A DNA stretch of 56,882 nucleotides from Alphaproteobacteria bacterium (GTDB lineage: Bacteria; Pseudomonadota; Alphaproteobacteria; Bin95). The DNA lies in assembly GCA_026710105.1 (NCBI GenBank), contig JAPORR010000084.1, forward strand, positions 1 through 56,882, given 5' to 3'. Under the pieces are notes generated by a model, which saw only the letters and a program-made list of their open reading frames with translations, had not been told where the DNA came from and did no database searches. Below are positions 1-9,084 of the stretch, one piece after another (the stretch's first letter is position 1; each line of letters opens with the position of its first letter). The position numbers were made by a program, and so were the translations under genes.

Positions 1-386
1 AGTCGATCGCGCTCGACATGCAGCGCTTCAATGTGCGCTCCAACTGCATGTCGCCCTTCGCATGGACGCGCATGATCGGCACCATTCCCTCCAATACGCC
101 AGAGCAGCAGGCGCGGCTCGAGAAGATCAAGCAGATGACGCCCGCCCAGATTGCGCCGATGGTGGTTTATCTGCTTTCAGACCTTGCGAGCGATGTAACA
201 GGGCAGATCTTCGGCAGCCGCATGAACGAACAGATTCTGTTCAGTCAGAACCGTCCGGTGCGTTCCGTGCATCGTAGTGAGGGTTGGACGCCGACCGGGA
301 TCCACGAACACGCTATGCCCGCCCTGAAAGCGGCGTTTACGCCAAACGAGCGTTCGGGCGATGTGTTCAACTGGGACCCGGTCTGA
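1..386 (+). CDS. SDR-family oxidoreductase, C-terminal part (5' end outside the window)
   Basis: The frame is open from nt 3. 'FNVRSNCMSPFAWTRM' and 'MVVYLLSDLASDVTGQIF' resemble the post-catalytic and C-terminal segments of short-chain dehydrogenases. Stop at 384-386. Confidence 0.6.
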   Translation, partial: SIALDMQRFNVRSNCMSPFAWTRMIGTIPSNTPEQQARLEKIKQMTPAQIAPMVVYLLSDLASDVTGQIFGSRMNEQILFSQNRPVRSVHRSEGWTPTGIHEHAMPALKAAFTPNERSGDVFNWDPV

Positions 387-397
387 CCGGGCCCTGG

Positions 398-1327
398 TCA
401 CCGGAAGGCGACTGCGGCCAGTCCGGCGAGCGCCGGCGCCGGATGGGTAACGACAGCGCTCGGTATGGCCGAAAGGTAGTCCCGGAAGCGACCCTTGTCC
501 GTGAACCGGTCTAGATAGGCCGCAGGATCCAAGTGGACGCCTAGGCGCGGCAGGATACCGCCAGAGAGATAGACGCCCCCCTTTGCAGCGAAGACAAGCG
601 CGAGGTCGGCCGCCGCTGCCGCCAAGAAGCGCGTGAAATGCCCCATGACGGCGATAGCCAGAGGGTCTCCGGCGGTGGCGCGCGCCGTAACCTCGGCAGG
701 ATCGGACACAGCCTTCCGTTCCCCGGAGAGGACACTGTAGAGCAGCACCAGACCTCCCCCGGACACAATTCGCTCCACCGAAACATGACCAAACTCCTGG
801 CGGAGTCCGGCCAAAAGCACAGCTTCGGCCTCGTTTGCTGCGGCAAGCGTCATATGTCCGGCTTCGCCGCAGACCGGCAACCAGCCGCCGCCAGGTGCTG
901 GCAGCAGGGCGGCGGCGCCGAAGCCGGTGCCGGGGCCAAGCACGACTTTCGGTGCGCGCGCCTCGGGTCGAAATGCCTTATCCACCGGCGAGAGGTTCTG
1001 GTCGTCGAGGCACGGCAACGCCAATGCCTGAGCTTCGAAATCATTGAGGAGACGAACCCATTTGACGCCGAGTGCATCAGCGATGGATGACTCCTTGATG
1101 ATCCAGTCGCGATTGGTCATCACTGCGCGGCCATTTGTCACCGGCCCGGCCACTGCCACGGCAACGAGGTCGACTTCAGTTTCGCCAAGATAGTGCTGCG
1201 CCGCGTCCTCGAAGGAAGGGCAATCGTCAGCTACGATCTCAGCCAAGGCCTGTAGCGGCCCATCATCCCGGCAGAGCGCGAAACGGATATTCGTGCCGCC
1301 GACATCGGAAAGCAGTGCCAGGGTCAC
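398..1327 (-). CDS. glk: glucokinase
   Basis: 309 aa with the N-terminal 'LLSDVGGTNIRFAL' ATP-binding motif of bacterial glucokinases. The start overlaps the otsA stop by 4 nt. Confidence 0.9.
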   Translation of the reverse strand: MTLALLSDVGGTNIRFALCRDDGPLQALAEIVADDCPSFEDAAQHYLGETEVDLVAVAVAGPVTNGRAVMTNRDWIIKESSIADALGVKWVRLLNDFEAQALALPCLDDQNLSPVDKAFRPEARAPKVVLGPGTGFGAAALLPAPGGGWLPVCGEAGHMTLAAANEAEAVLLAGLRQEFGHVSVERIVSGGGLVLLYSVLSGERKAVSDPAEVTARATAGDPLAIAVMGHFTRFLAAAAADLALVFAAKGGVYLSGGILPRLGVHLDPAAYLDRFTDKGRFRDYLSAIPSAVVTHPAPALAGLAAVAFR

Positions 1328-2703
1328 GCGAAGGGCGCTTTCATCAGCCGCGAGACGAAGATCTCACGCCAGCGGCTAACATCATTGCGGCGCAGCGCTT
1401 CCATATTCGCATGCCAGCGCTCGACCCGCTCCCCGCGCGGCATGTCCAGCGCCTGCTGAATGGCTTCGGCCATCCCTTCTGCATCATAGGGGTTGACGAT
1501 CAAGGCGCCCGGGATCGAACGGGCTGCGCCGGCGAAGCGCGACAGGACGAGTACGCCCGGGTCCGAAGGCGATTGTGAGGCGATATATTCCATCGCGACA
1601 AGGTTCATACCGTCGCGTAGCGGGGTAATCAGACCCACCTGGGCCGTACGCAGCAAGCCAAAGAGCGTGCGTCGGGCGAAGCTCTTGTTGAGATACCGGA
1701 TCGGTACCCAGTCGAAATCAGCAAATTCGCCGTTTATGCGCCCTGCGAGCGTCTCCAGCGTCCGTCTGATCTCATCATATTCGGGAACGCCGGCGCGAGT
1801 GGGCGTCGCAATCTGCATCAGGCTTACCCGGTTCCGGTTAGCTGGATAGGCGCCCAGAAGGTGGCCAAAAGCTGCAAACCTCTCCGGCAGACCCTTGGAA
1901 TAATCTAACCGATCCACACCCACGATCAGCCGGCGCCCGCCAAGACTGGTGCGCAGGCGCGCGCCGTATCGAGCCGCGGCGGCGCTGGCGGCAGCCCTCT
2001 CAATATTATCCGTATCGACCCCGATGGGGTGGACCTCGGCCAAAGCGGTCCGCCCGAGAGCATGGACGACGGTATCGTCCGCCACTTCCCCGCCAGCTTC
2101 TTGCAGCGCGTAATCGAGCAGGCCTCGGCGGTCGGCTTCGGTCTGAAAGCCGATCAGGTCATAGGCGAAGAAGGAACGCATCAACTCCTGGTGCTCCGGG
2201 AGCGCCAGGAGCAGTTCCAGTGGTGGCAGGGGTGTATGCAGGAAGAAGCCGATGCGGTTGGCAATGCCAGCGCGGCGAAGCTCTTCAGCCATTGGGATCA
2301 GATGGTAGTCGTGAACCCAGATGAGGTCGCCGGGCTCGATGAGATCGACCAGTTTGCGCGCAAAATAAGCGTTGACACGACGGTAGCCGGCATAGTTACG
2401 ACGGCTGAAATTTGCGAGGTCCAGCCGGTAATGGAAAAGCGGCCAGAGCGTGCTATTCGCAAATCCGTTGTAGTATTCTTCATGGTCGCGCGTCGATAAA
2501 TCGAAGGTCGCGTAGGTCAATCTGCCGGAGCGGACCTTATGGACGGTCTCGCCTGGCACATCGGAAACATCGCCGCTCCATCCGAACCATATGCCACCGG
2601 AGCGCTTGAGCGCGGCCAGCACGGCGACCGCAAGCCCCCCAGAGGTCGGTTTGGTCTCATCGACTGGAGCCACGCGGTTGGATACGACGACAAGCCGGTT
2701 CAC
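1324..2703 (-). CDS. otsA: alpha,alpha-trehalose-phosphate synthase (GT20)
   Basis: 459 aa with 'LVVVSNRVAP', 'GGLAVAV', 'IWVHDYHLIP' and 'RDGMNLVAMEY', typical of OtsA. Confidence 0.93.
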   Translation of the reverse strand: MNRLVVVSNRVAPVDETKPTSGGLAVAVLAALKRSGGIWFGWSGDVSDVPGETVHKVRSGRLTYATFDLSTRDHEEYYNGFANSTLWPLFHYRLDLANFSRRNYAGYRRVNAYFARKLVDLIEPGDLIWVHDYHLIPMAEELRRAGIANRIGFFLHTPLPPLELLLALPEHQELMRSFFAYDLIGFQTEADRRGLLDYALQEAGGEVADDTVVHALGRTALAEVHPIGVDTDNIERAAASAAAARYGARLRTSLGGRRLIVGVDRLDYSKGLPERFAAFGHLLGAYPANRNRVSLMQIATPTRAGVPEYDEIRRTLETLAGRINGEFADFDWVPIRYLNKSFARRTLFGLLRTAQVGLITPLRDGMNLVAMEYIASQSPSDPGVLVLSRFAGAARSIPGALIVNPYDAEGMAEAIQQALDMPRGERVERWHANMEALRRNDVSRWREIFVSRLMKAPFA

Positions 2704-2716
2704 GGGTAGTGCCTGG

Positions 2717-4495
2717 TCAGAACGCTTCCTCCCACGACTTCGACAGGCGCAGCGCTGACACGATCAGCCCGACCATGCTATAGGTCTGCGGAATGTTACC
2801 CCACAGCTCGTTTGTGTCGGTGTTCAGGTCCTCCGACAAGAGTCCTGCCTCGTTCCGGCATGCAAGCATGTTTTCGAACAGCCGCCGTGCTTCGTCACGC
2901 CGACCGATTGCAGCCAGAGCATCAATATACCAGAAAGTGCAAACATTAAACGCGTTATGCGGCATTCCGAAGTCATCGGCTTCGACATAACGGAATACAT
3001 GGTCGCCCCGGCGCAGTTCGCGCTCAATGGCGGCGACGGTGCCGAGAAAACGCGGATCGTCGGCTTTGCAGAAGTCGAGTTCATGCATCAACAGGAGCGC
3101 GGCATCGACCTCTGTCCCGCCAAAGGCGCTGACATAGGCCTGCTTCTCCTCATTCCAGCAATCCCGTTCGATCCGAGCCTGGATCGTCCGGGCATGTCTA
3201 TTCCATATCAAAGCGCGGTCCGGATGGCCGAGTTGCACGGCGATCCGAGCCAGGCGGTCGCAGGCCGCCCAGCACATCAAGGCGGAGAAAGTATGAGGGC
3301 GCTGGCGACCGCGCAGCTCCCAGAGGCCGGCATCAGGCTGGTCGAACATGCGCGCTGCCACTTCGCCGATGCGCTCCAGGGTTGCAAACAGGCGGTCGTC
3401 GCCATGCAGATCGATGCGCTGGTCGAAGAACGCCTGGGCGCAGGCGAGTACGACGGCGCCGTATACGTCGTGCTGGGTCTGCACATAGGCGAGATTACCG
3501 ACGCGCACAGGCCGGTGCCCGCGGTAGCCACGCAGGCTTTCGACGGAGGATTCGGACAGTGCCGTCTCCATATGCACGCCGAACACTGGTTGCAGGCGAC
3601 CGTCTGGGCTAGAGGCAACGATGTTGAGGATATAGCGCAGGAACTCCTCCATGGTACGCGTGGCACCGAGCCGGTTGAGTGCCCGTATGGTGAAATAGGC
3701 GTCACGCAGCCAGCAGAATCGGTAGTCCCAATTGCGCTCGGTGTCTGCCGCTTCGGGCACCGAGGTGGTGACGGCGGCAACGATCGCGCCGCTATCCTCG
3801 ACAGAGCAGAGCTTGAGCGTGATCGCGGCACGTATGACGGCGTCCTGCCATTCGAAAGGCACGGCCAGGTAGCGCACCCATTCCCGCCAGTAATCGTCCG
3901 TCTGTTCCTCGAAGTCGCGTGCGACTTCATGCACCGGCTGCGTCAACGCCTCGTCCTGCGTCAGGATGAGATCGATAGGCTGGTCGAGAAGAAACGATGT
4001 TTCGTCGAGCACAAAGGAGACTGGCGCATCGGTCGTCAGCCGCAGGACATGGTCCGGCAGAATATAGCGGACATGGTTGCTGCCGCGCGTCACTGTGGCG
4101 GTCTCACTGCCATAATTACCAGCAGGACGCAGTCTGATGCGGATGCGCGGCGCACCGCCCAGGCGCCTGATGCGGCGTACCAGACTCAAGGGCCGAAACA
4201 GCCGTCCGAACTGCTTGAAACGGGGCGCGAAATCCAGAATCTCGATCGCGGCGCCGTTTTCCGCAAACAGACAGGTTTCGACAATGGCAGAATTGGGACG
4301 ATAGGTCTGTTCGCTGCGCAGGAAACCTTCTATCTCGACTTCGTAGAAGCCAATATCCTTCTCGGGCTCCAGCAGGTCGCAGAATACCGGGTTCCCATCG
4401 AAGCGCGGCATGCAAGCCCAGACCATACGTCCACGTTGGTTGAGCAGGGCGGCATAGCTGCTGTTGCCGATCATGCTTAGTTCGAGTGAACTCAT
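2717..4495 (-). CDS. glycoside hydrolase family 15 (glucoamylase/trehalase-like)
   Basis: 'ERNWDYRFCWLRDAYF' GH15 signature. Start placed at ATG 4495 ('MSSLELSMIGN', GAGGAAG Shine-Dalgarno, 1 nt after the otsB stop) rather than the ORF-track start at 4525. Confidence 0.85.
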   Translation of the reverse strand: MSSLELSMIGNSSYAALLNQRGRMVWACMPRFDGNPVFCDLLEPEKDIGFYEVEIEGFLRSEQTYRPNSAIVETCLFAENGAAIEILDFAPRFKQFGRLFRPLSLVRRIRRLGGAPRIRIRLRPAGNYGSETATVTRGSNHVRYILPDHVLRLTTDAPVSFVLDETSFLLDQPIDLILTQDEALTQPVHEVARDFEEQTDDYWREWVRYLAVPFEWQDAVIRAAITLKLCSVEDSGAIVAAVTTSVPEAADTERNWDYRFCWLRDAYFTIRALNRLGATRTMEEFLRYILNIVASSPDGRLQPVFGVHMETALSESSVESLRGYRGHRPVRVGNLAYVQTQHDVYGAVVLACAQAFFDQRIDLHGDDRLFATLERIGEVAARMFDQPDAGLWELRGRQRPHTFSALMCWAACDRLARIAVQLGHPDRALIWNRHARTIQARIERDCWNEEKQAYVSAFGGTEVDAALLLMHELDFCKADDPRFLGTVAAIERELRRGDHVFRYVEADDFGMPHNAFNVCTFWYIDALAAIGRRDEARRLFENMLACRNEAGLLSEDLNTDTNELWGNIPQTYSMVGLIVSALRLSKSWEEAF

Positions 4496-4496
4496 C

Positions 4497-5273
4497 TCAG
4501 CTTCCTCTGTCGGCAAGCCAGGCATGGACGGCCGTCACATCCGCAAGGTGCCATTGCGCAGCGGTGTCAGCTGCTTCGCCAACGCGCACGGCGACGCCAC
4601 CCTGGGTGCGTACGGCTCGGAATGCCGCTTCGTCCGTCATGTCGTCACCTACGAAAATCGGACGCCGGCCGGCAAAAGGTGCCTCCGCCATGAAAGCTGC
4701 AATCGCTGTCCCTTTGTCGGCGCCCTCGGGGCGCAATTCCATCACCGCTTTGCCGTGCTGGATCGCGATGCCGCTACGCGCGCTGCCCAGGATTGTCTCC
4801 AAAGCAGCAGTCGTTTCCGCAGCCAATTCAGGCCTGGCGCGGTAGTGTAGGGCCAGAGCCGCGCCCTTGTCCTCAAGCAGGAGGCCGGGACGCTCCGCTA
4901 CAAAACGCCTGAGAGCCGCCCGCAATTCATCGAAGCGGGGCAGGGCGGGTGGCAGCTTGTATGCACCATCAGCGCCGCGCCGCTCGAGGCCGTGCAAGCC
5001 GGCGACCGGCAGAACAAGGGGCGCCAATATGCAGTCTATGTCTTGGATGGGCCGCCCGCTGACAATCGCGAGGGCGGCCCCGACATGCCGTGATGAGCTT
5101 TCCAGCAGCGCTCCCAGATAACCTGCAGGCTGCACGGTGCTTGGCGATGGTGCAATCTCGACCAGCGTGCCATCGAAATCCAGAAAAACAGCATCGCCCG
5201 TAGTGATACGGGGCGGCATCACGCCAGCAGTCGCTGGCCGATGCACGGCAGGCGAGAACGTCTCGCCATACAT
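4497..5273 (-). CDS. otsB: trehalose-phosphatase (HAD superfamily)
   Basis: HAD motif I 'FLDFDGTLV' and motif 'FVGDDMTDE'. It sits between rpmE and the GH15 gene in the trehalose cluster. Confidence 0.85.
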   Translation of the reverse strand: MYGETFSPAVHRPATAGVMPPRITTGDAVFLDFDGTLVEIAPSPSTVQPAGYLGALLESSSRHVGAALAIVSGRPIQDIDCILAPLVLPVAGLHGLERRGADGAYKLPPALPRFDELRAALRRFVAERPGLLLEDKGAALALHYRARPELAAETTAALETILGSARSGIAIQHGKAVMELRPEGADKGTAIAAFMAEAPFAGRRPIFVGDDMTDEAAFRAVRTQGGVAVRVGEAADTAAQWHLADVTAVHAWLADRGS

Positions 5274-5283
5274 CGGCCGGCAG

Positions 5284-5505
5284 CTAGACGCCGAAATTCT
5301 TGAAGCGCTTGTTGAAGCGCGCTACCTGGCCGCCGGTATCGACAAGCCGCTGATTGCCACCAATCCAGGCGGGATGGGAGAGCGAATCGATATCAAGCCG
5401 CAAAGTATCGCCTTCACTGCCCCAGGTCGAACGCGTCTTGAACTCGGTCCCGTCGGTCATCACGACGGTGATTTCATGATAGTCGGGATGGATGTCGGGC
5501 TTCAT
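5284..5505 (-). CDS. rpmE: 50S ribosomal protein L31 (Cys-less alphaproteobacterial type)
   Basis: Internal ATG at 5505 gives 73 aa '[22 protein letters not shown]...[11 protein letters not shown]'. The upstream part of the 150-aa track ORF is not L31-like. Confidence 0.95.
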   Translation of the reverse strand: MKPDIHPDYHEITVVMTDGTEFKTRSTWGSEGDTLRLDIDSLSHPAWIGGNQRLVDTGGQVARFNKRFKNFGV

Positions 5506-5563
5506 CGGCAGAGCGCTCCCAGACAGGCATAACAGTCCTCCATAGCGAAACACGACGGAGCAC

Positions 5564-5767
5564 TCAAGTGCCATTTGGAGGGTGCGATGTGCAATGCAGG
5601 AACGTCGCCGCCAGCATGTTGCCGGTCTCGACGCACAGGCCGCCCGCGCCGAGGCGTGTCGTGGCGCAGTGCCTGAATATGGTGTCGTCGATGGCGCGCC
5701 GCGCCGCATCGATGACGGCGCGCTCGATCGCCTCACGCTCGTCGGCGCGCGACCTCATGTCCTTCAT
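5564..5767 (-). CDS. small hypothetical protein (possibly the 3' part of a frame-shifted ~88-aa gene starting at 5828)
   Basis: Hand-counted G/C-ending codons are about 57 of 67 in this frame. A short ORF with a GGAGG Shine-Dalgarno starts at 5828 in another frame and overlaps it. Confidence 0.4.
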   Translation of the reverse strand: MKDMRSRADEREAIERAVIDAARRAIDDTIFRHCATTRLGAGGLCVETGNMLAATFLHCTSHPPNGT

Positions 5768-6163
5768 GCGTGGCCTGGCTCTCGATGTAGTGGGTCAGAC
5801 CCGCCATCTTCGCGAACGTCGCTACCATGACGCCTCCGGCGCAAGCAGGTCCCGGGCTGTCAATTCGTTAGCAGGCGCCACCAGGCACGCAAGGACCGTG
5901 TCAGGCGCAGTGCGCTAGCGTATGGCCGGTTCATGCTGCCAAACTGTCATGCGCCTGTTGCGCATTTCTCGTGTCCGCCCTTTGCGCCAAAGCCCTTGTA
6001 TTGCGTTTTCGGCACCTGCCATCGAACAAAGGCCACCCCCGCGGAAATCATTGCCATAACTTCACCTGCGCCGACATTTGAATGCCCACGTGTAGATCTC
6101 CTAACCCGCTCATACCGGAGGGACGGCTCCATATCCAGGCTCAGCCCTCCCCCAAAAGCTCGG

Positions 6164-6199
6164 TTCCGGGGAAAACCCGCCTCGGAGTTCTGCAAGAGG
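6164..6199 (+). repeat. 36-nt dispersed intergenic repeat, copy 1 (TTCCGGGGAAAACCCGCCTCGGAGTTCTGCAAGAGG)
   Basis: Near-identical to 39374-39408 (one indel and one mismatch), same orientation, both non-coding. Confidence 0.6.
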
Positions 6200-6241
6200 T
6201 TCCCGGAGATAGGGCGTTAGCTCCTGCATCTCTGCTGCGTG

Positions 6242-7087
6242 CTACATCTTCGCGGCGAATGCCTCGAAGGACCTTCCGCCCGTGCTGACGGCGTCGAACA
6301 GCATGGAGAAATGGTTGGCGCCTGGCACTGTCACTTTCTCGACCGTACAGCCGGCGGCCTCGGCGATGGCGGCATAGCCGGCGCTTTGCGCTTGCCAGCC
6401 ACCCGGCTCCTCGCCACCAACCGAGACGACCATCGGCACGGGCTTTCGTGGCGGGTTGGCGAAGACGTCGTTCCGCGCTGCCATGGCCTCGTCGAGCCTT
6501 ACCTCCTCATTAACTGATATCCGCCGCACGACTGACGTTTCATAGATACCGCTCATGCAATGGACGCCTGCGATGAGCGCTGCCGAAGCCGGGTCCGCGA
6601 GCAGCATCCCGGTCAAATGTGCTCCGGCCGAATGGCCGCCGACGAACAGCCGCGCCGGATCGCATCCCCATGCCCCTGCATGCGCATGGACGAAGGCAAG
6701 ACAGGCGCGCATCTCGGCCACGATCTCGTCCAGAGTCACATCTGGGCAGAGCGTGTAATCGACATTGGCGACCGTCACGCCCCGCTCGACGAAGCCACCC
6801 ACGGCGAAGCTGTGGTCGGCCTTGGAGAATCGGCGCCAGTAACCGCCATGAATGAAGATGAAGAGTGTGCCATTGCTGCCGGAGGCTGGGCGGTGCAAGT
6901 CGAGCACCTCCCGCGGGCCGGGCCCGTAGGCGACGTCATAGCTGCCGGGCCAAGCCTTGCGCGCTGCCTCGGCTGCCGCCAGATACTTGCCGAGGTAGCG
7001 TTCGACTGCCTCGTCGCCCACGGCGGCGCGCGGATTGAAATGCGCTTCCAGTGTCGCGTCGTCCGCTGAACGCCAATCGAATGTCAT
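6242..7087 (-). CDS. alpha/beta hydrolase (esterase/arylformamidase-like)
   Basis: 'HGGYWRRFSK' oxyanion-type motif and nucleophile elbow 'GGHSAGAHL'. Start moved to ATG 7087 ('MTFDWRS', GGAGGG Shine-Dalgarno). Confidence 0.85.
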   Translation of the reverse strand: MTFDWRSADDATLEAHFNPRAAVGDEAVERYLGKYLAAAEAARKAWPGSYDVAYGPGPREVLDLHRPASGSNGTLFIFIHGGYWRRFSKADHSFAVGGFVERGVTVANVDYTLCPDVTLDEIVAEMRACLAFVHAHAGAWGCDPARLFVGGHSAGAHLTGMLLADPASAALIAGVHCMSGIYETSVVRRISVNEEVRLDEAMAARNDVFANPPRKPVPMVVSVGGEEPGGWQAQSAGYAAIAEAAGCTVEKVTVPGANHFSMLFDAVSTGGRSFEAFAAKM

Positions 7088-7253
7088 CTCACCCTCCCTT
7101 GTGTTCGCACGCGCGCCGAAGAGAGGTCGGTCTCTCGGTTCCGCTCTTGATCTCATGGTTTCGATCCGGGTCGATTTTATCATCCGTATCATGCGGCTGC
7201 GAAATTCGGAGGCGGGTCACCTATGCCGCTTGCTCGCTACTACCTGCACTGCT

Positions 7254-8093
7254 TTAGCCACTATTGCGGTCTCCCCGCCCGATTTCCTCCTTCAGCGCGC
7301 GGATTTCGCTGCGCAACCCCTCCAGTTCAGTTGCGAGGAAGGAGGCTTCGGCCTCTGTTACCTGCCTGAGGACTGCCTCGGTCTTCTCCCGGTCGGCGCT
7401 GTGCAGCGTCTGCATGGCATCGACAATGACGGCGATGAAGAGGTTTAACACTGCGAAGCTCGTCAACAAGATGAAGGGCACGAAAAACGCCCAAGCCCAG
7501 TCGAATACCTCCATCACTGGGCGCACGATGCCCATCGACCAGCTTTCCAGCGTCATGATCTGGAAGAGCGAATACATGGAAGCGCCGACGCTGCCGAACC
7601 ATACTGGAAACGCCTCTCCAAACATCTGTGTCGCCATGACCGCGCCGACATAGAAGACCAGCAGCAACAAACCAGAGATCGAACCGAGGCCTGGAATTGC
7701 GTGCAGCAGCGCTTCCACCACCTTGCGCATCTGCGGCACGACCGAAACCAGTCTTAGCACCCGCAGGATGCGGAGCGCACGCAGCACGGAAAGATTGCCG
7801 GTTGCCGGGATGAGCGTGATGGCGATGACGATGAAATCGAACATGTTCCAGCCGCGCTTGAAGAAGGCCGGCCCCTGCGCCAGCAGGCGGGCTGTAATCT
7901 CGACTACGAAGACCGCCACGATAGCTCTGTCGAGCCAGCCAATCCACGGCGAGAGCGCTTCCTTGATCGAGTCTGAAGTCCCCAGGCCGAGGGTTACGGC
8001 ATTGACGACGATCAGAACCGTGATCAGCCGCTCCGTTTTCGACGACTCTGTCAGAGCCTGCAACCTCGATGATAATATGCTGTAATAGCTCAT
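7254..8093 (-). CDS. voltage-gated sodium channel, BacNav (NaChBac/NavAb) family
   Basis: S4 segment 'LRALRILRVLRL' with four Arg at every third position. Pore/selectivity filter 'FQIMTLESWSMGIVRPV', then a C-terminal coiled-coil-like tail. Start at ATG 8093 ('MSYYSIL'). Confidence 0.9.
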   Translation of the reverse strand: MSYYSILSSRLQALTESSKTERLITVLIVVNAVTLGLGTSDSIKEALSPWIGWLDRAIVAVFVVEITARLLAQGPAFFKRGWNMFDFIVIAITLIPATGNLSVLRALRILRVLRLVSVVPQMRKVVEALLHAIPGLGSISGLLLLVFYVGAVMATQMFGEAFPVWFGSVGASMYSLFQIMTLESWSMGIVRPVMEVFDWAWAFFVPFILLTSFAVLNLFIAVIVDAMQTLHSADREKTEAVLRQVTEAEASFLATELEGLRSEIRALKEEIGRGDRNSG

Positions 8094-8268
8094 AATTTCC
8101 TTCTTGAAGCTCACGCTCGGGGGCGAAGAATACAACCGTATTTCTCCTTACCTGCAACAGGCTGTGCGGGGCGCATGAGGCAAACTGAGTCATCGGGCGT
8201 TGACCTTGATGCATGCGATGTCCATGTTGGCGGCAACATGTTATCCGCCAGAAAAAGGCCGCCGCTTC

Positions 8269-9084
8269 ATGCGTTTCTTCCTGTTCGCGCTCGCGGCTGT
8301 CCTGGCCCCGACGCTCGCTCTCGCCCAGACCGGGGATCCGGTAGTCGCAAAGGTAGACGGCGCGTCTGTCTACCAGTCTGATGTGAACCGGCAAGCGGCT
8401 GAGATCGCGTCGTCCATGCCGGGCGCGCCGCCTTCCTTCATCCGCCGCAGGGCTCGCGAGCGCGTGATCGAAGGTCTGCTGATCCATGCTGCCGCCGAAG
8501 CCGCAGGCTTTGACCAGCGCCCGGACTTTCAGCGCCAGCTCGCCCAGCAGCGCCGCACGCTGCTGACCCAATCCTACATGCTCGACTATCTTGAGCAGCG
8601 GATCGACGATGCCAAGATAAGGGCGCTTTATATGGAGACCTATCCGGACGGAAAAGGCCAGCTACAGATCCATGCGAGCCATATTCTGGTCGCAGACGAG
8701 GTGGCCGCGCGTGCCGTCATCGCCGAACTCGACAACGGCGCAGACTTCGCCGCGCTGGCAGAGACGCATTCCATCGGTCCGAGCAAGTCGCGCGGCGGTG
8801 ATCTCGGCGCGTTCGGCAAGGGCAGCATGGTGCCCGATTTCGAGAAGGCAGTGCTGGCCCTGGAGCCGGATGCCTATACGACCGATCCGGTCGAGACCCG
8901 CTTCGGCTGGCATGTCATCCTGCTGCACAGCATTGAGCACCCACCCGCACCGGACTTCATCCAGGTGCGGGGCCAGCTCGCGCGCCAGCTCAGCGAACAC
9001 CTCCTCCGGGACCATCTCGACGAGCTGCGTGCCGATGCCCAAATCGAACTCTTCGATGCCGACGAAACGGCGAAGTCCCAATGA
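8269..9084 (+). CDS. parvulin-type peptidyl-prolyl cis-trans isomerase (SurA/PpiC-like), secreted
   Basis: Signal peptide 'MRFFLFALAAVLAPTLALA' from ATG 8269. Parvulin domain 'HASHILV...GGDLGAFGKGSMVPDFEKAV...FGWHVILL'. Confidence 0.85.
   Translation: MRFFLFALAAVLAPTLALAQTGDPVVAKVDGASVYQSDVNRQAAEIASSMPGAPPSFIRRRARERVIEGLLIHAAAEAAGFDQRPDFQRQLAQQRRTLLTQSYMLDYLEQRIDDAKIRALYMETYPDGKGQLQIHASHILVADEVAARAVIAELDNGADFAALAETHSIGPSKSRGGDLGAFGKGSMVPDFEKAVLALEPDAYTTDPVETRFGWHVILLHSIEHPPAPDFIQVRGQLARQLSEHLLRDHLDELRADAQIELFDADETAKSQ

Noticed and set aside
2957-4480. 507-aa plus-strand ORF
   Set aside because: It lies entirely antisense to the GH15 gene, which has clear family motifs. Its composition is Arg/Ala/Gly-rich, typical of shadow ORFs in high-GC DNA.
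7203-7222. Possible third, inverted partial copy of the dispersed repeat (GACCCGCCTCCGAATTT)
   Set aside because: Only about 13 of 17 positions match, and the segment is short. This is within chance for GC-rich DNA.
7327-8571. 414-aa minus-strand ORF
   Set aside because: It overlaps the Nav channel gene out of frame and the PPIase gene antisense. It is Arg-rich with no motifs.
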